A stretch of DNA of 64,000 nt from Minisyncoccota bacterium (GTDB lineage: Bacteria; Patescibacteriota; Minisyncoccia; Minisyncoccales; GWA2-38-27). A program made the position numbers and the translations under genes. Below the pieces are notes generated by a model. The model ran no database searches. It saw nothing but the letters and a program-made list of their open reading frames with translations, and was not told the DNA's origin. The stretch covers positions 25,751 through 89,750 of the forward strand of contig JAQTZP010000004.1 of the NCBI GenBank assembly GCA_028687715.1, given 5' to 3'. Below, piece by piece: positions 1-9,069 of the stretch (the first letter of the stretch is position 1; every line of letters begins with the position of its first letter).

Positions 1-344
1 ATATCTTTTTGGACATAATCAGATTTTAAAAGCCTCATCCCGCAATTTATGTCATAGCCTATTGCTCCGGGAAAGATAACTCCGTCAGAAGATCTCATGG
101 CTCCGACAAAGCCAATAGGCACTCCGTATCCTTCATGTCCGTCAGGCATAACCAGGGAATATCTTTCTATTGACGGCAGACAAGCCGCATCAACCAACTG
201 CTTCAATGTTTTATCTTTTAACATTCCTTCAAGAACCTTTTCGCTGGCATAAATTCTGGCTGGAACTTTCATGCTGCTTTCAAAGCCTTGAGGAATCTCC
301 CAAATCAAATCATTTATTTTTCTTATATCTTTTTTAAAAATCAT
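1..344 (-). CDS. rtcB: RNA ligase RtcB, N-terminal part (gene runs off the window start)
   Basis: Own reverse translation from the ATG at 344 gives MIFKKDIRKINDLIWEIPQGFESSMKVPARIYASEKVLEGML...VMPDGHEGYGVPIGFVGA...GYDINCGMR. The PDGHxGYG and GYDINCG motifs are typical of RtcB. It is absent from the ORF track because it is truncated. Its start overlaps the stop of the upstream ORF (ATGA). Confidence 0.8.
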   Translation of the reverse strand, partial: MIFKKDIRKINDLIWEIPQGFESSMKVPARIYASEKVLEGMLKDKTLKQLVDAACLPSIERYSLVMPDGHEGYGVPIGFVGAMRSSDGVIFPGAIGYDINCGMRLLKSDYVQKD

Positions 345-1837
345 GATTTAATTCTTCTAATTCTTTTCCTTGTAAATATATAAATAGAAGGCATCCTTTT
401 TCTCAAAGAATCCTTAAGCCAATTATTAAAAGAATCCCATCTTTTCATTAGGAAAATAAGAGTATTTTTAGGGAGATATTTCCATAAGATAATTCTATCC
501 ATAAGGGGCCATAATCTTTCATTTAGAGAATAAAGCCTGGTGAATAACTTAAAATAAAGAGATAAAAACAATACTTCTTTCTTGGAAAAATCAGGCTGAT
601 TTATAAATACATCTTCTTTATAATCTATCTTATCTGCTATAAAATGATTGTTCAGGCATATTTCATAAAGCTTTGTGAAAGGGTATGGAGTGAAAATGTT
701 TACCACCATTGAATCAGGCTTTATCTCGGCATTAAGCTTTATTGTCTCTAAAGTTTTAGCTGGGGTTTCTTTCGGCAAGCCGACGATATTGTAAGCCAGA
801 GTTTTAATTCCCAGCTTCCTGCAGTTATTAAAAGCCTCTTCAATCTGAATATTAGTCATATTTCTTGATAAAATATTCTTTCTAAGCTCTTCGTTGCCGG
901 TTTCAACGCCAAAATAAATCTGGTAGCACCCAGCTTCTTTTAAGAGATCTAATATCTTTAAATTAGCCAAATTAGGACGATGGTCGCAGGAAAAAGGAAG
1001 ATTTATCTCTTTTTTGTATGTATAGGAAAACTCTTCAAGCCACTTTTCTTTGATGCCAAAGATATTGTCTAAAAACCTAAAAGAAGAAATCCAAGGATTA
1101 ATGCTTAATAATTTCTTCAAATAAAGAACTGCGTTAATAGGGCTTCTAAACCGGGTGTAATGCTCTGGGTCAGGATAAACCTCTTTTATTTTATGATTAC
1201 AGCAGTAGGCGCAGTCATAAGGACAGCCCCTTGAAATCATTGTTGTTGCTACTTTAATCTGGGTAGAGATAAGTCTCATGTAGTCAAAAAGTTCAAAATC
1301 AGGGAAAGGAAGGCTGTCTAAGGGGAAAATAAGATTTCTTGGAGGGTTTTTAATAACTTGATTGTTTTTCTTAATTAAAAGATTGGAGATATTGTCAAAG
1401 CTCTGGCCGGTATTTAATGAATCAGCCAAATCAACAAAAGCTCCTTCGCCCTCTCCCACGCAGACAAAATCAGCTCCTTCTGCCGTTATGGATTCATCGG
1501 GACTAATACTGGGATGACAGCCTCCTAAGATAGTTATAGAAGAAGGGTTTGCTTCTTTGGTCCATTTTAGATAATCGCAAATATATAAAAAAGCGCTGGT
1601 TCTTGCTGTAAAGCCTACTATTTCTGGATTTATATCTTTTAACCTGCTTTTAAAATCTTCTTTTTTAATCGGCTCGGTTAAATGAATTAAAGAAACCCTA
1701 TGGCCTTTTTCTTTTAAAACAGAGGACAAGGAAGCCAGACCCTCTGAATACCATCCCCCTTTGACAACATTAAATTTATTAGACCCTGGAGATCTGCGGC
1801 TTATTACAAAATCCGGGTAAACTAAAGCAATATTCAT
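341..1837 (-). CDS. Class-B (B12-binding domain) radical SAM protein, function unknown
   Basis: 498 aa. N-terminal Rossmann-like B12-binding-type region, then the CxxxCxxC cluster motif (GCPYDCAYCC). 4-nt overlaps with both neighbours suggest an operon. Confidence 0.8.
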   Translation of the reverse strand: MNIALVYPDFVISRRSPGSNKFNVVKGGWYSEGLASLSSVLKEKGHRVSLIHLTEPIKKEDFKSRLKDINPEIVGFTARTSAFLYICDYLKWTKEANPSSITILGGCHPSISPDESITAEGADFVCVGEGEGAFVDLADSLNTGQSFDNISNLLIKKNNQVIKNPPRNLIFPLDSLPFPDFELFDYMRLISTQIKVATTMISRGCPYDCAYCCNHKIKEVYPDPEHYTRFRSPINAVLYLKKLLSINPWISSFRFLDNIFGIKEKWLEEFSYTYKKEINLPFSCDHRPNLANLKILDLLKEAGCYQIYFGVETGNEELRKNILSRNMTNIQIEEAFNNCRKLGIKTLAYNIVGLPKETPAKTLETIKLNAEIKPDSMVVNIFTPYPFTKLYEICLNNHFIADKIDYKEDVFINQPDFSKKEVLFLSLYFKLFTRLYSLNERLWPLMDRIILWKYLPKNTLIFLMKRWDSFNNWLKDSLRKRMPSIYIFTRKRIRRIKS

Positions 1838-3156
1838 ATATTCATCTTCTTAATTTTATCAAACTCCTCTTTGACCACCTTTCTATCATCCCAGGGAATC
1901 TTCTTTCCTTTCTCAACGCACATCCAGGGTTCTGACCCTTTGCCTGTTATTATAACAACATCATCTTGTCGGGCCATTTCCAAAGCCTTTCTAATAGCTT
2001 CTCTTCTGTCTAAAATCTCGCAGAAGTCTGACTTTTTGAAATCAGATTCTAAAATTCCTGATTTTACCATTGATAATATCTCATAATGGTTCTCATCGTA
2101 AGGGTCCTCATTGGTAAGAATTATCTTTTTGCAATGATTAGCAGCGATTTTCCCCATAACCGGTCTTTTCCACTTATCCCGGCCTCCTCCGCAGGCTCCT
2201 AAAACGCAGATAAGATTTGACTGATAAGGCTTTCTATCAAGAACAGAGATATCAGACGAGTAGCTCGTCAGAGTTTCATAGACCTTTAAGAGGCTGTCCG
2301 GAGTATGAGCATAATCAACAATTACGCTGAACGGCTCTTTTACAACAACCTCCATTCTTCCTTTGATTCCCTTTATCTTTTCCAAGCCCCTCTTTATAGT
2401 CTCATAAGATATTCCATAAGATAAAGCTGTAGAGATTGCAGCTAAAGCGTTTAAAGCATTAAAAGCTCCTAAGAGGTTCATATTGAACTCAATTCCGTTT
2501 ACCTTAAAACTGATTTTATCAGGATAAGTCTTTAAATCCTCAGCTTTTATAAAGTCATTGCCTCCGAGCTCAAGCTTCCAATCTTTTATTCCGTATAATA
2601 TCTTTTTATCAGCTGGAACTTCTAAAAAGTATTCTGTATCTTTTTCATCAGAATTTATTATATGGATATTTCTTGTTATTTTAAAAAGCTCTAATTTAGC
2701 TTTGCGGTATTTCTCATAGCTTCCGTGAGATTCAATATGTTCTGGCGATAAATTGGTTAAAACAGCGGCATCGAAATTAATAAACTTGTGGCGGTACTGC
2801 TTTATGCCTTCTGAAGTCGTCTCTAAAATAAAATACTGGCATCCCTCGTTTAAAGCCTGTTTTAAAAACTTCTGAATTTTCATCCTTCCAGGCATTGTCA
2901 TCTTTAATCTATTCTGCCACTCTTTATCTTTTATCTTGAACCTGACCGAAGAGATAGACCCTGTCTTATACCCTGCTTCTTCAAAAATACTTACTATCAT
3001 ATCAACAACGCTTGATTTCCCTTTGGTTCCGGTAACAGCTATTACCTTTAATCTTTTGGAAGGAAAACCATAAAACAAGGCTCCTGTAAAAGCCAAAAAG
3101 TAATGGTAAGAATTTAAAACAAATAAAGGTGTAATTTTTCTGATTAATTCTTTCAT
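1834..3156 (-). CDS. Mur ligase family protein, MurE-like, with a hydrophobic N-terminus instead of the usual N-terminal domain
   Basis: 440 aa. P-loop VTGTKGKSS, DYAHTPDSL and ITGKGSE motifs are typical of MurE-type ligases. The N-terminal roughly 30 aa are hydrophobic. Confidence 0.7.
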   Translation of the reverse strand: MKELIRKITPLFVLNSYHYFLAFTGALFYGFPSKRLKVIAVTGTKGKSSVVDMIVSIFEEAGYKTGSISSVRFKIKDKEWQNRLKMTMPGRMKIQKFLKQALNEGCQYFILETTSEGIKQYRHKFINFDAAVLTNLSPEHIESHGSYEKYRKAKLELFKITRNIHIINSDEKDTEYFLEVPADKKILYGIKDWKLELGGNDFIKAEDLKTYPDKISFKVNGIEFNMNLLGAFNALNALAAISTALSYGISYETIKRGLEKIKGIKGRMEVVVKEPFSVIVDYAHTPDSLLKVYETLTSYSSDISVLDRKPYQSNLICVLGACGGGRDKWKRPVMGKIAANHCKKIILTNEDPYDENHYEILSMVKSGILESDFKKSDFCEILDRREAIRKALEMARQDDVVIITGKGSEPWMCVEKGKKIPWDDRKVVKEEFDKIKKMNI

Positions 3157-3193
3157 TATTCTACTTTTAACTTAACACAGAGTCTGAAATTAG

Positions 3194-3220
3194 AAAAGAA
3201 AAAGCTCTCGTGTGAGAGCC
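3194..3220 (-). terminator. Intrinsic terminator downstream of the 3229..3660 gene
   Basis: Stem GCTCTC (3204-3209) / GAGAGC (3214-3219) with a 4-nt loop, followed on the minus strand by a T-rich run. Confidence 0.5.
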
Positions 3221-3228
3221 TTATTGTT

Positions 3229-3660
3229 TTAAGAGATTTTTAAAACTGCCTCTTTGATGCCGCAGGCCAGCGCTTCTACGCCCGCCCTTACGCTGTCAGT
3301 AGAAACTCCAATACTTGTCCATTTGTTCTTCCCGTCGGAAAAAACAGCTAAAACTTCTACTTTGGCGTCTGTGCCGATTCTCCCATTGGATATTTTGACC
3401 TGATAGTCAATAAGTTCTATTGTTTTTAAGCTCGGATAAACCGGTTCTAAAGCCTTTCTTATGGCAACATCAGCTGCATTTATAGGGCCGTTTCCTTCGG
3501 CTACGGTATGAATTAGTCTTTCTCCGACTCTTATTTTAAAAATAGCTTCTGATAAAGGCTCTTCTTCAATATCTTCATCTTTTATAGTGATTATGAATCC
3601 TGAAATCTTAAAAGGCAGATTATTATCTCTTTCTTCTTCCATCTTCTGTCTCCATATCAA
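3229..3660 (-). CDS. Stand-alone LeuA allosteric/dimerisation (LeuA_dimer-like) domain protein
   Basis: 143 aa. The segment HTVAEGNGPINAADVAIRKAL ... VSTDSVRAGVEAL resembles the C-terminal regulatory domain of 2-isopropylmalate synthase. No catalytic TIM-barrel part is present. Confidence 0.55.
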   Translation of the reverse strand: MIWRQKMEEERDNNLPFKISGFIITIKDEDIEEEPLSEAIFKIRVGERLIHTVAEGNGPINAADVAIRKALEPVYPSLKTIELIDYQVKISNGRIGTDAKVEVLAVFSDGKNKWTSIGVSTDSVRAGVEALACGIKEAVLKIS

Positions 3661-3821
3661 AGTGAAAGGAACAAAAAACCTCTTTTGAGGAAGAGGTCTC
3701 TTAAAACTATTTGAAATTTTAAACTACCTCTTCTTCAAAAGAAGCCTGATAATAATTATTTGGTTGATTAAAACTATATTCATTATAAAATATTAATAGA
3801 ACTATATAATTTGTGCCAAAC

Positions 3822-4382
3822 TTAACTGCCTAAAATCTTTAATGCTTCTTTTATCTTCTCATCAAGGTCTTCTATATCTTTTGGAATCCTATCTAGGGCA
3901 TCTTTGACTCTTGCCCTGGAAAAGCCCAGTCCGATTAAAGCATCTTCAGCTTCATCTCTTTTTTCTTCTTTTTTGGAAAATGACTTAATCCTTCCTGAAA
4001 GCTCCAGGATAATTGCCATCGCTTTCTTTTTGCCTATGCCCGGGATTCCGTAGAATAATCCTTCGTCTTGAGACAGAATCTTTTCTTTAATTTTATCCAA
4101 AGGACCTAAAGAAGAAATCTCAAGAGCCGCCTTGGGGCCTATACCTCTAATTTGCTCCAATATTTCAAAAAGCTCAAGTTCATCCTGAGTTAAAAATCCA
4201 TAAAGCTCTATTCCGTTTTCCCTTACATTGAGAAAACAAAAAACCTTAATCTCTTTATCGCTTATGGACGCTTGAGAGATTGACTTGCGTGATAAAAAAA
4301 CCTTATAGCCTATTCCGTTTGATTCTAAAACAATAAACTTCTCCTTTTTCAATACTATTTTTCCAGATATAGAATAAATCAT
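3822..4382 (-). CDS. ruvA: Holliday junction branch migration complex subunit RuvA
   Basis: 186 aa. N-terminal MIYSISGKI...GIGYKV OB-fold start, and HhH motifs (IRGIGPKAALEI, IPGIGKKKA). Confidence 0.85.
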   Translation of the reverse strand: MIYSISGKIVLKKEKFIVLESNGIGYKVFLSRKSISQASISDKEIKVFCFLNVRENGIELYGFLTQDELELFEILEQIRGIGPKAALEISSLGPLDKIKEKILSQDEGLFYGIPGIGKKKAMAIILELSGRIKSFSKKEEKRDEAEDALIGLGFSRARVKDALDRIPKDIEDLDEKIKEALKILGS

Positions 4383-4462
4383 AATTGATTTGCCTATGGC
4401 TATTATATCTCTTTTAGAAATAAATCACAAAAAAAGACGAGACAATGCTCGCCCTTTGAGTA

Positions 4463-6001
4463 TCAACTCAGCTTTTTCTGCTGGTATTCTTCTAACTTTC
4501 CCATAAAATCGCTCTTTCTAAATCTTTCAATCCATTTCTTAATAAGTCCGTAAGCTTCATAGCACAATTTTTCTCTTATCAGGCTTTTAACAGAAAGCTC
4601 TTTGCCTCTTAGGAAAAAATCAATAGGGAAAATAATAAAAGTTCTAAAAAGAAAGTGTAAAAGACGAAAAGGACGCCAGTAAAACCATCTCATAATTTTA
4701 GCAGGAATGCCCTGAAGCTCTCTAGTTGTCATGCCATCGGGGATAAAACAAACATAATTTCCGTCGTAATATCTCCAAGGGACAATATCCTGGGGGAAAA
4801 TCCTGGCTTGAGCTTCAAGCCTTTTCCTTAAATCCGTTCCTGCGCCAGGTCCCGGTAAAAGCACCTGAATGCTGTTGGGACGAGCCCTGCGGATAAACTT
4901 TTTAAAACGCTTAACTATTTCTTTTGGACTAAGCTCGCATTTCTTTCCTTTTAAAGGATATCCAGCTATAAACATCAGATGAACCCAGAAGTATCTCTTT
5001 ATCATCGCAACCCATTCAACCATCTTAGAAGAAAGGTACCCTTTCCTCATAGATTTCAAGTCTTCGTCAATCGGAGATTCAGCGCCGATACTGACAAACC
5101 TTACACCTGCCTTTTTCATTGCCTCTAAAAGCCTGTTATTTTCAGCTGCCTCCAAGCGTATCTGAACTTGAAAATTAAAAGAATCTCCATATTCCTTGGA
5201 AATCATTTCAAAGAATTCTAAGGTACCTTTTAAATCTTCTTCTAGGCGATCATCTACAATAAAGAAGTTCTTTGCCCTCCTTGTATCATTAAGCCATTGG
5301 ACTATATTGAAGAGATGCCTGCTCGTAGAGAAGCGTGGCTCGCCCTTTACGCTGCAGAATTCGCAGTTTCGGCTGCATCCCCTGATTCTGCTGATAGGAT
5401 ATACTTTTATCCTAGCGTATCTGACAAGATTAAAATCCGGATAAGGAAGTAAACCTATGTCAGAAACCTTATTCTCCTTAAAATAGGTAGTAGTCATTTT
5501 TTGGTCCTGGATAAAAGAAATGCCCCCAACAAGACTTAACAGTTCTTTATTGAGTAAAACAGGAAGAATTTGAGCTATGGCCTCTTCGCCGTCGCCATGG
5601 ACAACTATATCAACATTATGACTTAATGTTTCTTCCGGCAGATAATGAGCGTGCCAGCCGCCGGCAATTGTCGGTACCTTCATTCTTTTATACAATCCTG
5701 CTAATTCCCAAACTCTTTCAATAGTACTGCTTAATCCAGTGTAAAAACCAACAGCTTGAGCCGGGTTTTCTCTTTGCAAAACCTCATGATCTGGCAGTCC
5801 TTGGACATTCCTCGGACCGCGGTAGTTATTCTCATCAATTACTTCTGCCCGCCAGCCCCAAACTTTATTGGCGCAAGTTGCAACCATTACAGGCCCCAAA
5901 GCAGTTGTTTTTTTAGCCATCCGAGTAAATACATTAACTTCTGGAAAAGCTGGAATTATTAGTCTGAACAATCTTAAACTCTCATTGAGATCAGCTGTCA
6001 T
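4463..6001 (-). CDS. Class-B (B12-binding domain) radical SAM protein, function unknown
   Basis: 512 aa. CxxxCxxC motif (GCSRNCEFCSV) after an N-terminal B12-binding-like region. Hydrophobic C-terminal segment. A hairpin plus T-run lies downstream at about 4430-4460. Confidence 0.8.
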   Translation of the reverse strand: MTADLNESLRLFRLIIPAFPEVNVFTRMAKKTTALGPVMVATCANKVWGWRAEVIDENNYRGPRNVQGLPDHEVLQRENPAQAVGFYTGLSSTIERVWELAGLYKRMKVPTIAGGWHAHYLPEETLSHNVDIVVHGDGEEAIAQILPVLLNKELLSLVGGISFIQDQKMTTTYFKENKVSDIGLLPYPDFNLVRYARIKVYPISRIRGCSRNCEFCSVKGEPRFSTSRHLFNIVQWLNDTRRAKNFFIVDDRLEEDLKGTLEFFEMISKEYGDSFNFQVQIRLEAAENNRLLEAMKKAGVRFVSIGAESPIDEDLKSMRKGYLSSKMVEWVAMIKRYFWVHLMFIAGYPLKGKKCELSPKEIVKRFKKFIRRARPNSIQVLLPGPGAGTDLRKRLEAQARIFPQDIVPWRYYDGNYVCFIPDGMTTRELQGIPAKIMRWFYWRPFRLLHFLFRTFIIFPIDFFLRGKELSVKSLIREKLCYEAYGLIKKWIERFRKSDFMGKLEEYQQKKLS

Positions 6002-6135
6002 TTCTCTCTCTCCTTATGCTTGAGTCAAAGAACATAAAAAGGAGCTATTTTCATATTGACTTATTTTTTTAATTATGGCAATAATACTCTATTGCTCTTT
6101 GCTTTTGCCCCAGCTATTTTAAAAGGGAGAACTAA

Positions 6136-6447
6136 GTGCGCCAGTCTTTTGAAAGCCTTAAAGAAGAGTTTTTAAACTCCAGCCCTGATAACCCTGAAAG
6201 AAAGCAAATTCTATCAAGACTTGCAAAATCAGCCCATACTTTCAAGCAGCATATGTATGTATTCTATAAGTTCGGAATAAAAACCGAAGAAGGAAAGACC
6301 GCTTTGGCGAATATGGCCCGTCTTGCCCACGGCTTCTATGAATGGAGAAGAGTATACTTTGCTGCTCCCATAAACAGCCATTTGGGGGAAGCTGCTTATC
6401 AGCAGATACTGAAACTTAGAAAAAAGAGAAAACTGGTAAGGCAATAA
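6136..6447 (+). CDS. Hypothetical protein (GTG start)
   Basis: 103-aa ORF. GGGAG lies about 7 nt upstream of the GTG. A hairpin GCTAAA/TTTAGC plus T-run follows directly downstream (about 6453-6485). No recognisable motif. Confidence 0.45.
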   Translation: MRQSFESLKEEFLNSSPDNPERKQILSRLAKSAHTFKQHMYVFYKFGIKTEEGKTALANMARLAHGFYEWRRVYFAAPINSHLGEAAYQQILKLRKKRKLVRQ

Positions 6448-6543
6448 TATCAGGCTAAATCGCTAAGGCGGTTTAGCTCTTTTTATTTAATAGAATAATA
6501 AAATATTTACAAAAGATTATTTATCTGCTAAACTCTTAATATT

Positions 6544-6807
6544 ATGCCTATAACAAAATCAGCGAAAAAGGCTCTCCGTCAGAATACGAAACGAAGAGCA
6601 AGAAATATTGTTTATAAAAGCAATTTAAAAAAGCTTTTAAAGGAAGCGAGGTTTTTAGTTTCCCAGAATAAAATTCAAGAAGCGAAAAATCTTCTGCCTC
6701 AAGTTTATAAAATCCTGGATAAGTCAGCCAAGGTCGGGGTTATAAAGAAAAATACAGCTAAAAATAAGAGGTCAAAAATAGCAAGGCTAATAAATTCAAA
6801 ATCTTAA
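6544..6807 (+). CDS. rpsT: 30S ribosomal protein S20
   Basis: 87 aa. Basic N-terminus MPITKSAKKALRQNTKRRARN, typical of bS20. Confidence 0.9.
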   Translation: MPITKSAKKALRQNTKRRARNIVYKSNLKKLLKEARFLVSQNKIQEAKNLLPQVYKILDKSAKVGVIKKNTAKNKRSKIARLINSKS

Positions 6808-6821
6808 AAGAACTATTCTCT

Positions 6822-7766
6822 TTATATCTCTGATATCAGCATATCAAGAGCTGTTTCTGGATTAACTCTTCCGGTCTTAGCATTTAAATCTGCCTCAAAA
6901 ATCTTTTGGTAGATTTTTTTTAATTCAGGAAAGCTGAATCTTTGAGACTGAAAATAACTCTTTTTCGCCACATAAGGATGAAGCTTTGTTTTTGAAAGAA
7001 TTATGTCATAAGGGCTGCGGTTTTCAACAAGCTCTTTGACCAGCAGAATATTGCGGAATTGATAATTTATCATTGACAGAAGATACAAAGGGGAATCGCC
7101 TTTATCCAAATGATTCTTTATTAATCTCAAAGCCTGCTTTTTGTTCTTCTCTGAAACAGCGTCAATGGTTTTAAATATATCAGCTTCTATTTTCGACCTT
7201 ACCATTAAATCTACATCTTCTGCGTTTACCTCTTTTAAATCGCAGAAAGCGGCTAATTTATGGATTTCACTGGCAAGCCTCCATAAATCATTGCCCGCGA
7301 GATTAATAATTCTCTCTAAAACCATATGGTTAATTTTTAACCCGTATCTTTCAAACTCCTTTATAACCCATAATCTAAGCTTTTGGCCCGACAAAGGAAC
7401 AAACTCCTGGCATTTGGCGCTCTTTTGAAGAAGTTTAAAAACTTTATCTTTTTTATCTATATCATTTTCTTCATATATTACTATTATGTCATCTGTTTCA
7501 ATAAACTTATCAGCCTGCTCTAAAAAAGAACTCTTAAACTTCTGGTCTTTTGAAGGATTTATTAAAACCAAAAGCTTCTTTTGCTTAAAAATAGAGATTT
7601 GTTTAATTTCATCAACCAAATTGTATAAATTTTCATTATAGTTCTCTGAAAAATCAAAATGCTTTAAGTTTAGCCCGCATTTGCAGCTTTTTTTATACCT
7701 GCTGATTATCTCTGTTAATTTCCTTTTCATTCGATATGTATCTTTTCCGTAAAGAAAATAAATCAT
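6822..7766 (-). CDS. holA: DNA polymerase III delta subunit (HolA)
   Basis: About 314 aa. The N-terminal IYFLYGKDTY start and overall size are typical of HolA. I prefer the ATG at 7766 (ATGA overlap with the mutM stop) over the track start at 7781. Confidence 0.65.
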   Translation of the reverse strand: MIYFLYGKDTYRMKRKLTEIISRYKKSCKCGLNLKHFDFSENYNENLYNLVDEIKQISIFKQKKLLVLINPSKDQKFKSSFLEQADKFIETDDIIVIYEENDIDKKDKVFKLLQKSAKCQEFVPLSGQKLRLWVIKEFERYGLKINHMVLERIINLAGNDLWRLASEIHKLAAFCDLKEVNAEDVDLMVRSKIEADIFKTIDAVSEKNKKQALRLIKNHLDKGDSPLYLLSMINYQFRNILLVKELVENRSPYDIILSKTKLHPYVAKKSYFQSQRFSFPELKKIYQKIFEADLNAKTGRVNPETALDMLISEI

Positions 7767-8632
7767 AATAGTTTTTGGCAATTAGGGCAGAAATGAGCGC
7801 TTCTGTTTTTAATTTTTATCCTTTCTATGGCAGCTCCGCAATAAAAGCACTTCTTATTTGTTCTCTGGTAGACTTTTCTTATTGGCCCGAACCCTCCTTC
7901 GTCTCCTGTAATTGTCCTATAATCGGAAATGCTGGTGCCTTTTGCCTTTACTGCTTTTTTTAAAATCTTTTTCAAAGATAAATAAATTCTTTTAAGCTCT
8001 TCTTGGGTTAATTTTGACGCATCCCTTAAAGGATGCACTCTTGCCTCCCATAGTATCTCATCGGAATAGATGTTGCCAATCCCGACAATAACTTTTTGAT
8101 CCATTAAAACTTCTTTAATCGCTCCTTTTCTTAAGCGTTTTTTAAAAACATTGAAATTAAAATCTTTATCCAACGGCTCCGGACCAAGGCTTTTAAATTC
8201 TTTTGAATCTGCCAATTCATTATTCTTCCATAACTGGACCTTGGCAAATTTTCTTAAATCAGAAAGAGCTATCATTTTTTTATTGTCTAAGAAAAAAATC
8301 AGATGAATATAGCTGTTTACTTTTTCGTTTAATCTGCTGTCTTCGGCCAGCCATCGGCCCTTCCTATTTTCCCATATTCCGTAAAGCAGATGACCGGTGA
8401 GCTTCTGATGAATCAAAAGAGAATAGTTATCTGATAGTTCAAAAATGATATTTTTTCCCCTGCGCCTTATTCCCTTTATTCTTCTGCCTTTTAATTCTTT
8501 TAAAAAAAGATTAAAGCTAATAGGTCTTTTAATTATTTTCCTGATATCGGTCCAGACATTAACAAAGGTCCTGTTGAGGACCTTGTTTTTTAAACCATTT
8601 ATAGTTGTTTCAACTTCAGGCAGCTCCGGCAT
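7763..8632 (-). CDS. mutM: Formamidopyrimidine-DNA glycosylase
   Basis: 289 aa. Invariant N-terminus MPELPEVE and a C-terminal zinc finger CxxC...CxxC (CFYCG...CPNCQ). Confidence 0.9.
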   Translation of the reverse strand: MPELPEVETTINGLKNKVLNRTFVNVWTDIRKIIKRPISFNLFLKELKGRRIKGIRRRGKNIIFELSDNYSLLIHQKLTGHLLYGIWENRKGRWLAEDSRLNEKVNSYIHLIFFLDNKKMIALSDLRKFAKVQLWKNNELADSKEFKSLGPEPLDKDFNFNVFKKRLRKGAIKEVLMDQKVIVGIGNIYSDEILWEARVHPLRDASKLTQEELKRIYLSLKKILKKAVKAKGTSISDYRTITGDEGGFGPIRKVYQRTNKKCFYCGAAIERIKIKNRSAHFCPNCQKLL

Positions 8633-8639
8633 ATCTTGA

Positions 8640-9008
8640 TTACTTTATTACGCTTCTTATCTTCTCTATTATCTCGGGCGGAGTAGAATGGGCTTTTATT
8701 AAATAATCATCGGCTCCCATTTTCAATCCTCTTTCTATATCATCTTTTTGCCCGAGATTTGAAAGAATAATAACCGGAATACTTGAAAGACCGGGATCTT
8801 CTTTGATTTTAGCCAAGACTTCAAATCCGTCTATACCCGGAAGGATAAGGTCTAAAAGAATCAAATCAGGCTTTTCGTCTTTTACCGCTTTTACTCCTTT
8901 TTCTCCGTCCACCGCTTCTTTAATATCATAGCCTTCTTTTGAGAGTTTCTGGGAAATTAATTCCCTGAGAAATTTATCGTCTTCTATAATTAAGATTTTT
9001 TTAGCCAT
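8640..9008 (-). CDS. Single-domain response regulator (receiver only)
   Basis: 122 aa. The ILIIEDD ... DLILLDLILPG ... K pattern of a CheY-like receiver, with no output domain. Confidence 0.85.
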   Translation of the reverse strand: MAKKILIIEDDKFLRELISQKLSKEGYDIKEAVDGEKGVKAVKDEKPDLILLDLILPGIDGFEVLAKIKEDPGLSSIPVIILSNLGQKDDIERGLKMGADDYLIKAHSTPPEIIEKIRSVIK

Positions 9009-9069
9009 ATTATTTTATTATTGATTTATATAATTTATTCTAACTTATTTTAAAAGGTCAGACAAGATA

